A stretch of DNA of 32,711 nt from Rhodospirillaceae bacterium (GTDB lineage Bacteria; Pseudomonadota; Alphaproteobacteria; Rhodospirillales; 2-02-FULL-58-16): positions 1 to 32,711 of the forward strand of contig DUZD01000003.1 in assembly GCA_013349695.1 (NCBI GenBank). The letters are read 5' to 3'. Shown piece after piece: positions 1 through 10,389 of the stretch. The first letter of the stretch is position 1. Each line of letters begins with the position of its first letter. Under the pieces are notes generated by a model that had not been told where the DNA came from, searched no databases, and saw only the letters and a list, made by a program, of their open reading frames with translations. A program made the translations under genes and the position numbers.

Positions 1-117
1 TCTCCCGGGGCGTCGAGAACGCTTGACGATGTACCCGCATCGCCGGCGCGTCCGCTCCTACCGGGAGAGCGGGAAAAGCGATCGTATGGGGTCAGGAATC
101 CCGCCGGGGTGTACTAG
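1..117. repeat. Partial copy (cut by window edge) of the CTAG-ended structured repeat/MITE family also found at 32294..32563
   Basis: Positions 1-86 align ungapped to the reverse complement of 32325..32410 with 71/86 identity (hand count). The copy ends in ACTAG at 113-117, at exactly the same distance as the terminal CTAG of the other copy. Confidence 0.85.
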
Positions 118-356
118 CCGCTTTTGCCGGTCTTGGGCGGCGCCGCGGGGATACTTTTTCCGCAGCCCGCGTTCAGCCAAACGGTACAGATCTTGATCCA
201 ATTGTCGACGGCATCGATGCGCCGCACGCTCAAATCGGGAACGCTGTTGCAATAGACCTGCAGCGGCTTGCCGCTCGACGTTTGCTGCTCGGCCAAGGCC
301 GGCGCCGCGCCGACCGTTAGCAGTGTCAAGGCGGAACTCAGCAAAATTCGTTTCAT
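114..356 (-). CDS. Small secreted hypothetical protein (80 aa, signal peptide, 3 Cys)
   Basis: ATG at 356 is preceded by a GGAGA Shine-Dalgarno. The N-terminus MKRILLSSALTLLTVGAAPALA-E is a classic signal peptide with an ALA cleavage motif. The TAG stop coincides with the repeat's CTAG. Confidence 0.65.
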   Translation of the reverse strand: MKRILLSSALTLLTVGAAPALAEQQTSSGKPLQVYCNSVPDLSVRRIDAVDNWIKICTVWLNAGCGKSIPAAPPKTGKSG

Positions 357-510
357 GGTTCGAATCTCCATCGGAAAATGTCGCCGACAGCATAGACGTT
401 TCCCGCCGCGTTTTCTCAAGTGCCGCCGTCACCGGACTGGCGGCGGACGCGGCTATGGGCTATGGTCCGGCGGCCGTTGATCAACCTGGCCCGATCCCTT
501 CGGCCCGCCC

Positions 511-2061
511 ATGAGCGAACGCATCCTCATCATCGATTTCGGATCGCAAGTGACCCAGCTGATCGCCAGACGGGTGCGCGAAAGCGGCGTCTATTCGGAA
601 ATCCATCCCATCAACAAGGTCAGCGAACGCTCGATCCGGAATTTCGCCCCCAAGGCGGTGATCCTTTCGGGCGGGCCAGCGTCGGTGACCGACAGCGGCA
701 CGCCCAGGGCGCCGGACGCACTCTTCGCATTGGGTATTCCCGTGCTCGGCATTTGTTACGGGCAGCAGGCCATGGTCGAGCAGCTGGGCGGCAAAGTGGA
801 AAGCTCGGAACGGCGCGAATTCGGCCGCGCCCATGTCGAGGTGACGGACGACTGCGAGCTGTTCCACGGCGTCTGGGACAAAGGCGGCCGCCAGCCGGTG
901 TGGATGAGCCACGGCGACCGGGTCAGCGAGCCACCGGCCGGTTTTCGCTCCGTGGCGGCCTCCGAAGGCTCTCCTTACGCCGCCATCGCCAACGACGAGA
1001 AACATTTTTACGGCCTCCAGTTCCACCCGGAAGTGGTGCACACCCCGCATGGCGGCAACCTGCTCAGGAATTTCACCCATCGGGTGGCGGGATGCAAGGG
1101 CGATTGGACGATGGCCAGGTTCAAGGATGTCGAAATCGCCAAGATCCGCGAACAGGTGGGCGATGGTCGGGTCATTTGCGGCCTCTCCGGCGGCGTCGAT
1201 TCTTCGGTCGCCGCGATGTTGTTGTTCGAGGCCATAGGCGATCGGCTGATCTGCGTTTTCGTCGATACCGGGCTTTTGCGCCTGGGCGAGGCGGAACAGG
1301 TGGTGGAGATGTTCCGCGGCCACTACAACATCCCGCTGGTGCATCGCGACGCCGCGGCCTTGTTTTTGCGCCATCTCGAAGGCGTCGGCGCGCCGGAGAA
1401 GAAACGCAAGATCATCGGCGCCACCTTCATCGATGTCTTCGAAGAGGAAGCCGAAAAGGCCGGTGGCGCCGATTTTTTGGCGCAAGGGACGCTCTATCCC
1501 GACGTCATCGAATCGGTTTCCTTCGCCGGCGGCCCTTCCGCCACCATCAAGTCCCATCACAACGTCGGTGGCCTGCCGGAGCGGATGAGCTTGCGGCTGG
1601 TCGAACCCCTGCGCGAACTGTTCAAGGACGAGGTCCGGGAACTGGGCCGGCAACTGGGACTGCCGGAAACGTTCGTCGGCCGCCATCCCTTCCCCGGGCC
1701 GGGGCTGGCGATCCGTATCCCCGGCGCCATCACGGCGGAAAAACTCGACGTCCTGCGCAAGGCCGACGCCATCTACCTGGAAGAGATCCGATCGGCCGGC
1801 CTTTATGACGCCATCTGGCAGGCTTTCGCCCTGTTGCTGCCGGTGCGGACCGTCGGCGTCATGGGAGACGCCCGCACCTATGACTATGTCTGCGCGCTAC
1901 GCGCCGTCACCTCCACCGACGGCATGACCGCCGATTGCTACCATTTCGACAATGATTTCCTGGCCCGAGTGGCGGGCCGCATCGTCGGCGAGGTCAAGGG
2001 CATCAACCGGGTGGTCTACGACGTCACCTCGAAACCGCCGGCAACCATCGAGTGGGAATAG
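511..2061 (+). CDS. guaA: GMP synthase (glutamine-hydrolysing)
   Basis: Motifs [40 protein letters not shown] and C-terminal KPPATIEWE. Confidence 0.99.
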   Translation: MSERILIIDFGSQVTQLIARRVRESGVYSEIHPINKVSERSIRNFAPKAVILSGGPASVTDSGTPRAPDALFALGIPVLGICYGQQAMVEQLGGKVESSERREFGRAHVEVTDDCELFHGVWDKGGRQPVWMSHGDRVSEPPAGFRSVAASEGSPYAAIANDEKHFYGLQFHPEVVHTPHGGNLLRNFTHRVAGCKGDWTMARFKDVEIAKIREQVGDGRVICGLSGGVDSSVAAMLLFEAIGDRLICVFVDTGLLRLGEAEQVVEMFRGHYNIPLVHRDAAALFLRHLEGVGAPEKKRKIIGATFIDVFEEEAEKAGGADFLAQGTLYPDVIESVSFAGGPSATIKSHHNVGGLPERMSLRLVEPLRELFKDEVRELGRQLGLPETFVGRHPFPGPGLAIRIPGAITAEKLDVLRKADAIYLEEIRSAGLYDAIWQAFALLLPVRTVGVMGDARTYDYVCALRAVTSTDGMTADCYHFDNDFLARVAGRIVGEVKGINRVVYDVTSKPPATIEWE

Positions 2062-2206
2062 GTTGTCTTCGCCGATCATCCGACAAGTTACCGGGAAACA
2101 GCCCCTTCAATGGTTTTCGCGAGTTACAAAGCTACCCCACGAGCGTTTGTCCGGCCGCGTGTTTGACTGGAACCTCGGCTCGGAATTCCAATGAAGAGGC
2201 ATAGAA

Positions 2207-3460
2207 ATGAAATCAAGCAAAGATGCCGCGGCGATGGGCAAAGCCGTGTTATCCGACTTATACGACGTCAACCTAGACTCGTTGCCCGAGGCGCTTTCGC
2301 GAGCTCATCTGGCGAGCAGTCAACCGGACCGCAATCTTGCCCTTGCTAACCACCTGTATGGCAGAATCGTGTCAAAAATTAAAATGCACCACGACGCCGG
2401 CAAGACAGTAGATATCTACGGGCCGGAGTGGTCTAGACAGAAAGCGAATGTTCAAAAGGCGGCCGAGGCGCATGCTCGAATCATCATCGACACGTACGGA
2501 CCGAATTACGCCTTCCCGAATAAGTACCCGGACCAAAACGCCAAAGTCATCGAGGCTGGCGCCGTGGACCTTTATTTTCTCGTCATCGACGGCGAGTTTG
2601 TTGGAACAACCTGCTTGTGCGATCAAGGAGAGATGAGAGCCGAGCTAGGGCGCTCGGCCGCCATTCGGCCGCGTGTCGGCAATACCATAATTCAAGACCT
2701 GAGCATTCTGGAATGGCTGCTGAATGACCGCGTATCCGACAAGTACCACACATTATTCACAACGCTTCGAACCGCGCCGGATCAGGATATCGGCTTGGAG
2801 CAACCGATGCGGGGCGGACAGGCGATAACAAGTCAATGGCAAAAGTTTCCCGAGCTGTTCGTCAACGGTACCGCACCGCTTTACTCGCTTTACTGTAAGC
2901 ACGGCAGCCTTGAGCAGTTCACCATCGCACAAATTACCCGAGCCGAATTTCAGACTGTACCCCTCTTCATCGCCGATGAGACCGATCGTCTGTTCGTTCG
3001 GCGGTGGCACGCGTTCTATGGGCTGGACGAGCCGCCCGCGGGAAACGTGGCCGAAGCGCCCCTCGTGGAAGCTCGTGTCCAAGTTCATGCGCCCCCTGAC
3101 CACTCCAGCATTTTCAAATTCGTATATGCCGCCATGACGTTTGGCGATGGGGCGATCGACGAACACGGCGAATCGATCGAAACTTACTTCACCAAGGAAG
3201 TTCCGTTTATCCAGGCAGCGGTGCCAATTGGCGACAACTCGATAGATGTCCAAAGGCAACTTCGAGATGCCGGCTTTCAGGCTTTCGGATATGAACCGGC
3301 AAATAATTTCCGGCCCGCCCATCTGTTCTTCGGAAAGGTAAGGCCCGGAAACAAGGTCGTTCCAACAAACTGGACGGTAGAGAGCGAGGCTCATCCATAT
3401 TGGACGGGCGAACTCGCAAACCACGCGGCACGAATTGAAAAAGCGTGGCAATCGATGTGA
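2207..3460 (+). CDS. Hypothetical protein, probable GNAT-fold acetyltransferase-like, lower GC than flanks
   Basis: 417-aa ORF with GAAGAGG upstream. Segments YFLVIDGEFVGTTCL...RAELGRSA and LRDAGFQAFGYEP resemble GNAT strands/motif B. Lines 2341 and 2701 are each 29/60 GC versus 39/60 for guaA line 1621. Confidence 0.7.
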   Translation: MKSSKDAAAMGKAVLSDLYDVNLDSLPEALSRAHLASSQPDRNLALANHLYGRIVSKIKMHHDAGKTVDIYGPEWSRQKANVQKAAEAHARIIIDTYGPNYAFPNKYPDQNAKVIEAGAVDLYFLVIDGEFVGTTCLCDQGEMRAELGRSAAIRPRVGNTIIQDLSILEWLLNDRVSDKYHTLFTTLRTAPDQDIGLEQPMRGGQAITSQWQKFPELFVNGTAPLYSLYCKHGSLEQFTIAQITRAEFQTVPLFIADETDRLFVRRWHAFYGLDEPPAGNVAEAPLVEARVQVHAPPDHSSIFKFVYAAMTFGDGAIDEHGESIETYFTKEVPFIQAAVPIGDNSIDVQRQLRDAGFQAFGYEPANNFRPAHLFFGKVRPGNKVVPTNWTVESEAHPYWTGELANHAARIEKAWQSM

Positions 3461-3687
3461 CGGAATGAAGCTTGGCATGAGCGGAGATTGGCACGAAGGC
3501 CGCCGAGAAGAATTCGACCGCGCCGAATTGGCGGCAAGCTATGGACCCGCCCGCTGTGAGCTGGATCAGACCGCCTGGCCATCCGCCGGCGGGATAACGC
3601 CGGCATCGCCTTCGCCAGCCTGAAGCCTTATATATCAACCAGGATCCGGTGCCGGCCGCCGGGGAGCCAAGACGCAACCACGAGCCG

Positions 3688-3799
3688 TTAGAGTGCGATC
3701 ATTTCAAATTGAATAAATTTGAAATGATCGCACTCTAATTCATATACTTTAGGGTCTTATCGTCCTGGATCGTTTCGATCCAGGACGATAAGACCCTAG
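3688..3799. repeat. Double-hairpin intergenic element (RIME/Bru-RS/CIR-like architecture)
   Basis: Two perfect 23-bp inverted repeats, 3688-3710/3716-3738 and 3750-3772/3776-3798, separated by an 11-nt AT-rich spacer. Ends are TTAG...CTAG. Confidence 0.85.
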
Positions 3800-3812
3800 C
3801 GGACGAGAGACG

Positions 3813-5729
3813 ATGAGAGCCAATAACATGGGCCCGCCGGCGGCGGGTCCGCGCAGTGATATCAAGACGATCAGAACCCTGCTGCCCTATCTCTGGCCCA
3901 AGGGCGAGGTGGAATTGCGCATCAGGGTGGTCGTCGCCATAGGGTTTCTGGTTGCGGCCAAGCTCGCCAACGTCACCGTTCCGGTTTTCTACAAGTACGC
4001 CGTCGACGCCCTCGACGGCGGGACGCAGGCGGTGGTCGCGGTGCCGGTGTTCATGTTGGTCGCCTACGGCCTGGCGAGGGTCATGGCGCTGGCTTTCGGC
4101 GAGCTCCGCGACGCCGTCTTCGCCAAGGTCGCCCAACGGGCCATCCGCTTGGCGGCGCTCAAGACCTTCCGCCATTTGCACCGGCTCAGCTTGCGTTTTC
4201 ATCTCGACCGCAAGACCGGCGCCGTCAGCCGCGCCATCGATCGCGGCACCGAGGGCATTGAGTTCCTGCTCAATTTCATGCTGTTCAACATCCTACCGAC
4301 CTTGTTCGAGATCTTCCTGGTCTGCGCCATCCTGTGGGTGCTGTTCGGCCCTAGCTTCGCCGCCGTCACCTTCGTCGCCATCGCCGGCTACATCGCCTGG
4401 ACCATGACGGTGACCGAATGGCGCATCAAGTTCCGCCGCGCCATGAACGAGGCCAACAACGAAGCCAACACCAAGTCCGTGGACTCCTTGCTCAATTACG
4501 AAACCGTCAAGTACTTCGGCAACGAGGCCCACGAGGAGCGGCGCTTCGACGCCGGCCTCAGGTGTTACGAGACCGCCTCGGTGAAAAGCAAAACCTCGCT
4601 CGGCCTACTCAACATCGGCCAGGGGGCGATCGTCTCGCTCGGCCTGGTCGTCGTCATGCTGATGGCCGGCGCCGGCGTCACCGGCGGCGCCATGACCATC
4701 GGCGACTTCGTTCTCGTCAATACTTACCTGATCCAGCTTTTCATGCCCTTGGGTTTCCTCGGCTTCGTCTACCGGGAGATCAAGCGCTCTCTCACCGACA
4801 TGGAGAACATGTTCGCACTTTTGCGGGAGCAGGCGGAGATCGAGGACGCCCCCAGCGCCGGGCCGCTTCAACTTGACGGCGCCCGGGTGGCCTTCGAAGG
4901 CGTTTCGTTCGCTTACGATCCCAGGCGGCAGGTGCTGAAAGACGTCACCTTCACGGTGTCCGCCGGCAGTACCGTCGCCATCGTCGGCGCCAGCGGCTCC
5001 GGCAAGTCGACCATCTCGCGCATCCTGTTCCGCTTTTACGACGCCGGCGCCGGACGCGTCCTCATCGACGGCCAGGACATCCGCGGTGTGACGCAAGAAT
5101 CCCTGCGCGCTGCCATCGGCATGGTCCCCCAGGACACGGTGCTGTTCAACGACAGCATTTACTACAACATCGCCTACGGCCGCTGCGGGGCCAGCCCGTC
5201 GGAGGTCGAAGAGGCGGCGAAGATGGCCCGCATCCACGATTTCGTCATGTCTCTTCCCGACGGATATCAGAGCATCGTCGGCGAACGCGGCCTGAAGCTC
5301 TCGGGCGGTGAAAAACAGCGCGTCGCCATCGCCCGCGCCATCCTGAAAAAACCCCGCATCCTGCTCTTCGACGAGGCGACTTCGGCGTTGGACAGCCGCA
5401 CCGAGAAGGAAATCCAGAAATCGCTCGCCGAGGTCTCGTCCGGCCGCACGACGCTGGTCATCGCCCACCGGCTGTCGACGGTGGTGGACGCCGACGAGAT
5501 CGTGGTCCTCGAGGCCGGCCGCGTCGCCGAACGCGGAAGCCACGCCGATCTCCTCGGCCGCAAGGGCCGTTACGCCGAGATGTGGGCGCGCCAGCAAGAG
5601 GCCGAGCAGGCGCGCCAGGTCTTGGTGAAGACGGGCGAGGCGGACGGCCCCGGCGGCGGCGATGCGGAAGAAACCGTGGAGGCCATAAAGGACGGTGGCG
5701 TTTCCGTAGCGGCCGAGGCGGCTGTATAG
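3813..5729 (+). CDS. ABCB/Atm1-type ABC exporter (fused TMD + NBD)
   Basis: LHRLSLRFHLDRKTG, DSLLNYETVKYF, Walker A GASGSGKST, signature LSGGEKQRVAIAR, Walker B LLFDEATSALD. Confidence 0.95.
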   Translation: MRANNMGPPAAGPRSDIKTIRTLLPYLWPKGEVELRIRVVVAIGFLVAAKLANVTVPVFYKYAVDALDGGTQAVVAVPVFMLVAYGLARVMALAFGELRDAVFAKVAQRAIRLAALKTFRHLHRLSLRFHLDRKTGAVSRAIDRGTEGIEFLLNFMLFNILPTLFEIFLVCAILWVLFGPSFAAVTFVAIAGYIAWTMTVTEWRIKFRRAMNEANNEANTKSVDSLLNYETVKYFGNEAHEERRFDAGLRCYETASVKSKTSLGLLNIGQGAIVSLGLVVVMLMAGAGVTGGAMTIGDFVLVNTYLIQLFMPLGFLGFVYREIKRSLTDMENMFALLREQAEIEDAPSAGPLQLDGARVAFEGVSFAYDPRRQVLKDVTFTVSAGSTVAIVGASGSGKSTISRILFRFYDAGAGRVLIDGQDIRGVTQESLRAAIGMVPQDTVLFNDSIYYNIAYGRCGASPSEVEEAAKMARIHDFVMSLPDGYQSIVGERGLKLSGGEKQRVAIARAILKKPRILLFDEATSALDSRTEKEIQKSLAEVSSGRTTLVIAHRLSTVVDADEIVVLEAGRVAERGSHADLLGRKGRYAEMWARQQEAEQARQVLVKTGEADGPGGGDAEETVEAIKDGGVSVAAEAAV

Positions 5730-5775
5730 GCCGGCGGGAACGGCTCGGCGCTTGCCAAAACCGAACGCCGGAGCA

Positions 5776-6900
5776 TCATTCCGCCGCCTTGGTCTCAGCC
5801 TCCTCGCGCATGATCCAGCCACCACCCAATAGACTTTCGCCATCATAAAAAACGCAGGCCTGACCGGCGGCGGCGGCGGCGAAGGGCTCATCAAGCATGA
5901 CTTCGGCACTGGCGCCGGCGCAGGCGACGATGGCCGGCACCGCCGCCATCGCCGAGCGCAGCTTGACGGAAACGCGAAGCCGCCGCGCCGGCGGCTCCCC
6001 GGGGCCCAGCCAGTTGACGCCGCGTAAATTGACATGGTTCCCGAGTAGCGCCCGTCTGGGTCCGACCACGACCCGCGCCGCCGCCGGCTCCAGGCGGACG
6101 ACGTAGAGAGGCCTAGGCGCCGAAACCCCAAGCCCCCGGCGCTGGCCGATGGTGAAATGGACGATGCCCCGGTGGCGGCCCAGGACCCGGCCTTCGAGAT
6201 CGACGATGTCGCCGGGGCGGCGAGCCTCGGGACGCAGTTTTTCGACGACGCCGGCGTAGTCGCCTTCGGGGACGAAACAGATATCCTGGCTGTCGGGCTT
6301 GGCGGCGACGGAAAGATGGAAGCGGCGGGCCAGTTCGCGGACCCGCTCCTTGGCCAGATCGCCAAGGGGGAAGCGCAGGAATTCGAGCTGCTGGCGCGTC
6401 GTGGCAAAGAGAAAATAACTCTGATCGCGGCTCTCGTCGGCGGCGCGCAGCAGTTCGGCGCCGTCCGGGCCCATCCCGCGCCGGACGTAATGGCCGGTGG
6501 CCAGCGCATCGGCGCCCAGTTCCCTGGCGGTCCGCAAAAGATCGCCGAACTTGACCGTCTCGTTGCAGCGGACGCAGGGGATCGGGGTTTCGCCCCGAAG
6601 GTAGGATTCGGCGAAATCGTCGATCACCGAGGTCCGGAATCGGTCCTCGTAGTCGAGCACGTAATGGGGGATGCGCAAGGCGGCGGCGACGTGCCTGGCG
6701 TCATGGATGTCCTGGCCGGCGCAGCACGAGCCCGGCTTCGCCACCGCTTGGCCGTGGTCGTAAAGCTGCAGGGTGACGCCGACGACGTCATAGCCTTCGC
6801 CGGCCAACAGCGCGGCCGTCGCCGAACTGTCGACGCCGCCGGACATGGCGACGACGACGCGGGTCTCGGAAGGCGCCTTGTCGATGCCGAGGGTGTTCAT
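5776..6900 (-). CDS. mnmA: tRNA 2-thiouridine(34) synthase
   Basis: [60 protein letters not shown]. Start taken at MNTLGIDK (6900); an alternative ATG lies at 6939. Confidence 0.97.
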   Translation of the reverse strand: MNTLGIDKAPSETRVVVAMSGGVDSSATAALLAGEGYDVVGVTLQLYDHGQAVAKPGSCCAGQDIHDARHVAAALRIPHYVLDYEDRFRTSVIDDFAESYLRGETPIPCVRCNETVKFGDLLRTARELGADALATGHYVRRGMGPDGAELLRAADESRDQSYFLFATTRQQLEFLRFPLGDLAKERVRELARRFHLSVAAKPDSQDICFVPEGDYAGVVEKLRPEARRPGDIVDLEGRVLGRHRGIVHFTIGQRRGLGVSAPRPLYVVRLEPAAARVVVGPRRALLGNHVNLRGVNWLGPGEPPARRLRVSVKLRSAMAAVPAIVACAGASAEVMLDEPFAAAAAGQACVFYDGESLLGGGWIMREEAETKAAE

Positions 6901-7006
6901 GTGGGAAATATAGGTCTCGGAGCCTGTTTGGGAAGTCATAAACCTTGTGACTTCGCTCGGTTCCGTCAAACGCCGGGCGCTTTCACGGTATCCTCCCAGC
7001 AAGGTT

Positions 7007-7648
7007 TCAAAGACTCTTCGCGGCCCGCAAAAAAGCGCCTATTTTCTCCGCGTTTTTGACCCCCGGCTGGTCTTCGACGCCGGACGAAACGTCGACCGCG
7101 GCGGCGCCGCTGATATCGACCGCGGCGGCAAGGTTGCCGGTATCGATGCCGCCGGCCAGCAACCATGGCAGCCGCCAGCTTGCGCCGCTGATCAACCGCC
7201 AGTCGAAAACGAGAGCGTTGCCGCCGGGCCGCTCGGCGCCTTCGGGCGGCTTGGCGTCGAACAGCAGCAGGTCGGCAACGTCTTCGTACGTCCGCGCTTT
7301 TTCGATGTCCTCGGGTCCCGAAACGGCGATGGCCTTGATCACGCCGAGACCGAAACGGTCCTTGATTTCCCTGACCCGTCGAGGGTGTTCATCACCGTGA
7401 AGTTGCAGGAAATCCAGCGGCGTCCGGGAAAGGATCGTCCGCAAGGCCTGGTCATCGGCATCGACCACCAGTCCCACCTTGGCGATGCCTTCGGGAACGG
7501 CGGCGGCAAGCTCGCCGGCTTCGTCCGGCGTCACGCGGCGCGGCGATGGCGGGAAAAAAACAAAACCGAGATAAGCGGCGCCGCCATCGACGGCGGCGGC
7601 CACCGTCTCGGCCGTCCCGAGGCCGCAGATCTTGACGTCAACCTGCAT
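7007..7648 (-). CDS. trpF: Phosphoribosylanthranilate isomerase
   Basis: [44 protein letters not shown]. Confidence 0.97.
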   Translation of the reverse strand: MQVDVKICGLGTAETVAAAVDGGAAYLGFVFFPPSPRRVTPDEAGELAAAVPEGIAKVGLVVDADDQALRTILSRTPLDFLQLHGDEHPRRVREIKDRFGLGVIKAIAVSGPEDIEKARTYEDVADLLLFDAKPPEGAERPGGNALVFDWRLISGASWRLPWLLAGGIDTGNLAAAVDISGAAAVDVSSGVEDQPGVKNAEKIGAFLRAAKSL

Positions 7649-7918
7649 CGGCGATTCCCTTGGCGATCTTTAATGCCGCATCGGCGGCGGCGGTGGAACC
7701 AAACAACCAAAATCGAGACAGCAAAGACATTCTCTCATGCCCAGCCAAGAAAGAAATAAGCTTTGATAGATTCCCATATATGGATTAGGTCATGTACTCA
7801 TTAATTTTTTGGAACGCCAATAATTCAATGAGCTAAGAGGAACGCGGGTAACATCGGCAAAACACCGGGCGAACTCATGCCAGATGGCGGACCCGCCAAT
7901 TCCCCGCCTTCCTATCGC

Positions 7919-8000
7919 GTCATTCCCGCGAAAGCGGGAATTCAGGATTATCAAGAGGCTACTGGATTCCGGCTCGGCGCTCCGCGCCGTCCGGAATGAC
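7919..8000. repeat. REP doublet (GTCATTCC...GGAATGAC type)
   Basis: Left unit GTCATTCCCGCGAAAGCGGGAATTCAG and right unit CTGGATTCCGGCTCGGCGCTCCGCGCCGTCCGGAATGAC are inverted; each is itself a hairpin. Confidence 0.8.
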
Positions 8001-8148
8001 ACCGGGAGGATAGTCCGACGCCTTTTCGAACCGGCTTGCCCGGTGTTTTGCCGATGTTACCAAGCCTGCCCATAACATAATGATTCTTACACCAAAACCC
8101 GGGTACCCTGTCGTCAAATCACAAGGTCATCTGGGCAATGCTTTCTTA

Positions 8149-8196
8149 GTTCGACGGGCAATCGATCCACTGGATCGATTGCTTTTCCGTCTCACC
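8149..8196. repeat. Short palindromic element (TCCACTGGA core)
   Basis: GCAATCGATCCA-C-TGGATCGATTGC (8158-8182) is a perfect 12-bp inverted repeat, extended by GACGG/CCGTC. Confidence 0.7.
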
Positions 8197-8335
8197 CTTC
8201 AGCGTGTAGAAAATTTCTCCGTTTTTCCATGAATTTGTGGTTTATTACCCGCCTCGCAAACCGGAGAAGGGAGGGAACGGCTGCTTTCCCAAGCCGAGGC
8301 GGGAACAAAAATCCGGGCAAATGCACGAGCTTGGC

Positions 8336-9546
<1,211 letters not shown>

Positions 9547-9547
<1 letters not shown>

Positions 9548-10389
9548 TGCCGGAAACCCGCATCGATCGCCGTTTCGCCGTCTTAAGGAGAGAAAACCGC
9601 GGTGGCTTGGTGGTCTTTGTGACGGCGGGCGATCCCGATCCGCGAACGTCGGCGGAAATCCTGCGGGGTCTTCCCGCCGCCGGCGCCGATTTTATCGAAC
9701 TGGGCATGCCGTTCAGCGATCCGATGGCCGACGGCCCGGCCATCCAGATGAGTTCCCAGCGGGCCCTAAAAAGCGGCGCGACATTGAAAACGACCCTCGA
9801 ACTGGTCGCCGATTTCCGCCAACGCGACAGCGAAACGCCGATCATCCTCATGGGTTATTACAATCCGATTTATATTTTCGGCGTCGACGCTTTCTTGAGC
9901 GAGGCGAAAGCCGCCGCCGTCGACGGCTTGATCATCGTCGACCTGCCGCCGGAAGAGGAAAATGAGATCTGCCTGCCGTCGCGAATGGCGGGAATCGACT
10001 TCATCTATTTGACGGCGCCGACCACCGACGAGATCAGGTTGCCCAGGGTGGTCAAAAACGCCAGCGGTTTCGTCTATTATGTTTCCATCACCGGCATTAC
10101 CGGCACCGCCTCGGCGCGGATCGAGGACGTCCGCAAGGCGGTCGAACGCCTGCACCGCCATACCGACCTTCCCATCGCCGTCGGTTTCGGCATCAAGACG
10201 CCGGAGCAGGCGGCCGGGGTTGCCGCCGTCGCCGACGCCGCCGTCGTCGGATCGGCCCTGATCGGCAAGGTAACGGAAAATCTGGACGAGGACGGAAAGG
10301 CTCGTCCCGGCCTGACCAACGCGGTGCTGGATTTTACCGCCGAATTGGCCAAGGGTGTGCGCGGCGCAAGGGTGAAAGGGGCAGCTTGA
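9547..10389 (+). CDS. trpA: Tryptophan synthase alpha chain
   Basis: TGATG overlap with trpB; motifs [40 protein letters not shown]. Confidence 0.98.

Noticed and set aside
420-1808. 462-aa ORF overlapping guaA, and similar long ORFs (4605..6509, 9766..11367, 18249..19376, 21451..22866)
   Set aside because: Alternative-frame or antisense shadows of well-supported genes in high-GC DNA; Arg/Gly/Pro-rich and without recognisable motifs.
3435-3623. 62-aa ORF after the GNAT-like gene
   Set aside because: Short, no motif and no convincing RBS; may be a gene fragment but cannot be supported.
2050-3700. attL/attR duplication of the guaA 3' end and an associated integrase
   Set aside because: I found no second GAGTGGGA copy and no integrase by eye, so an intact integrative element is not supported.
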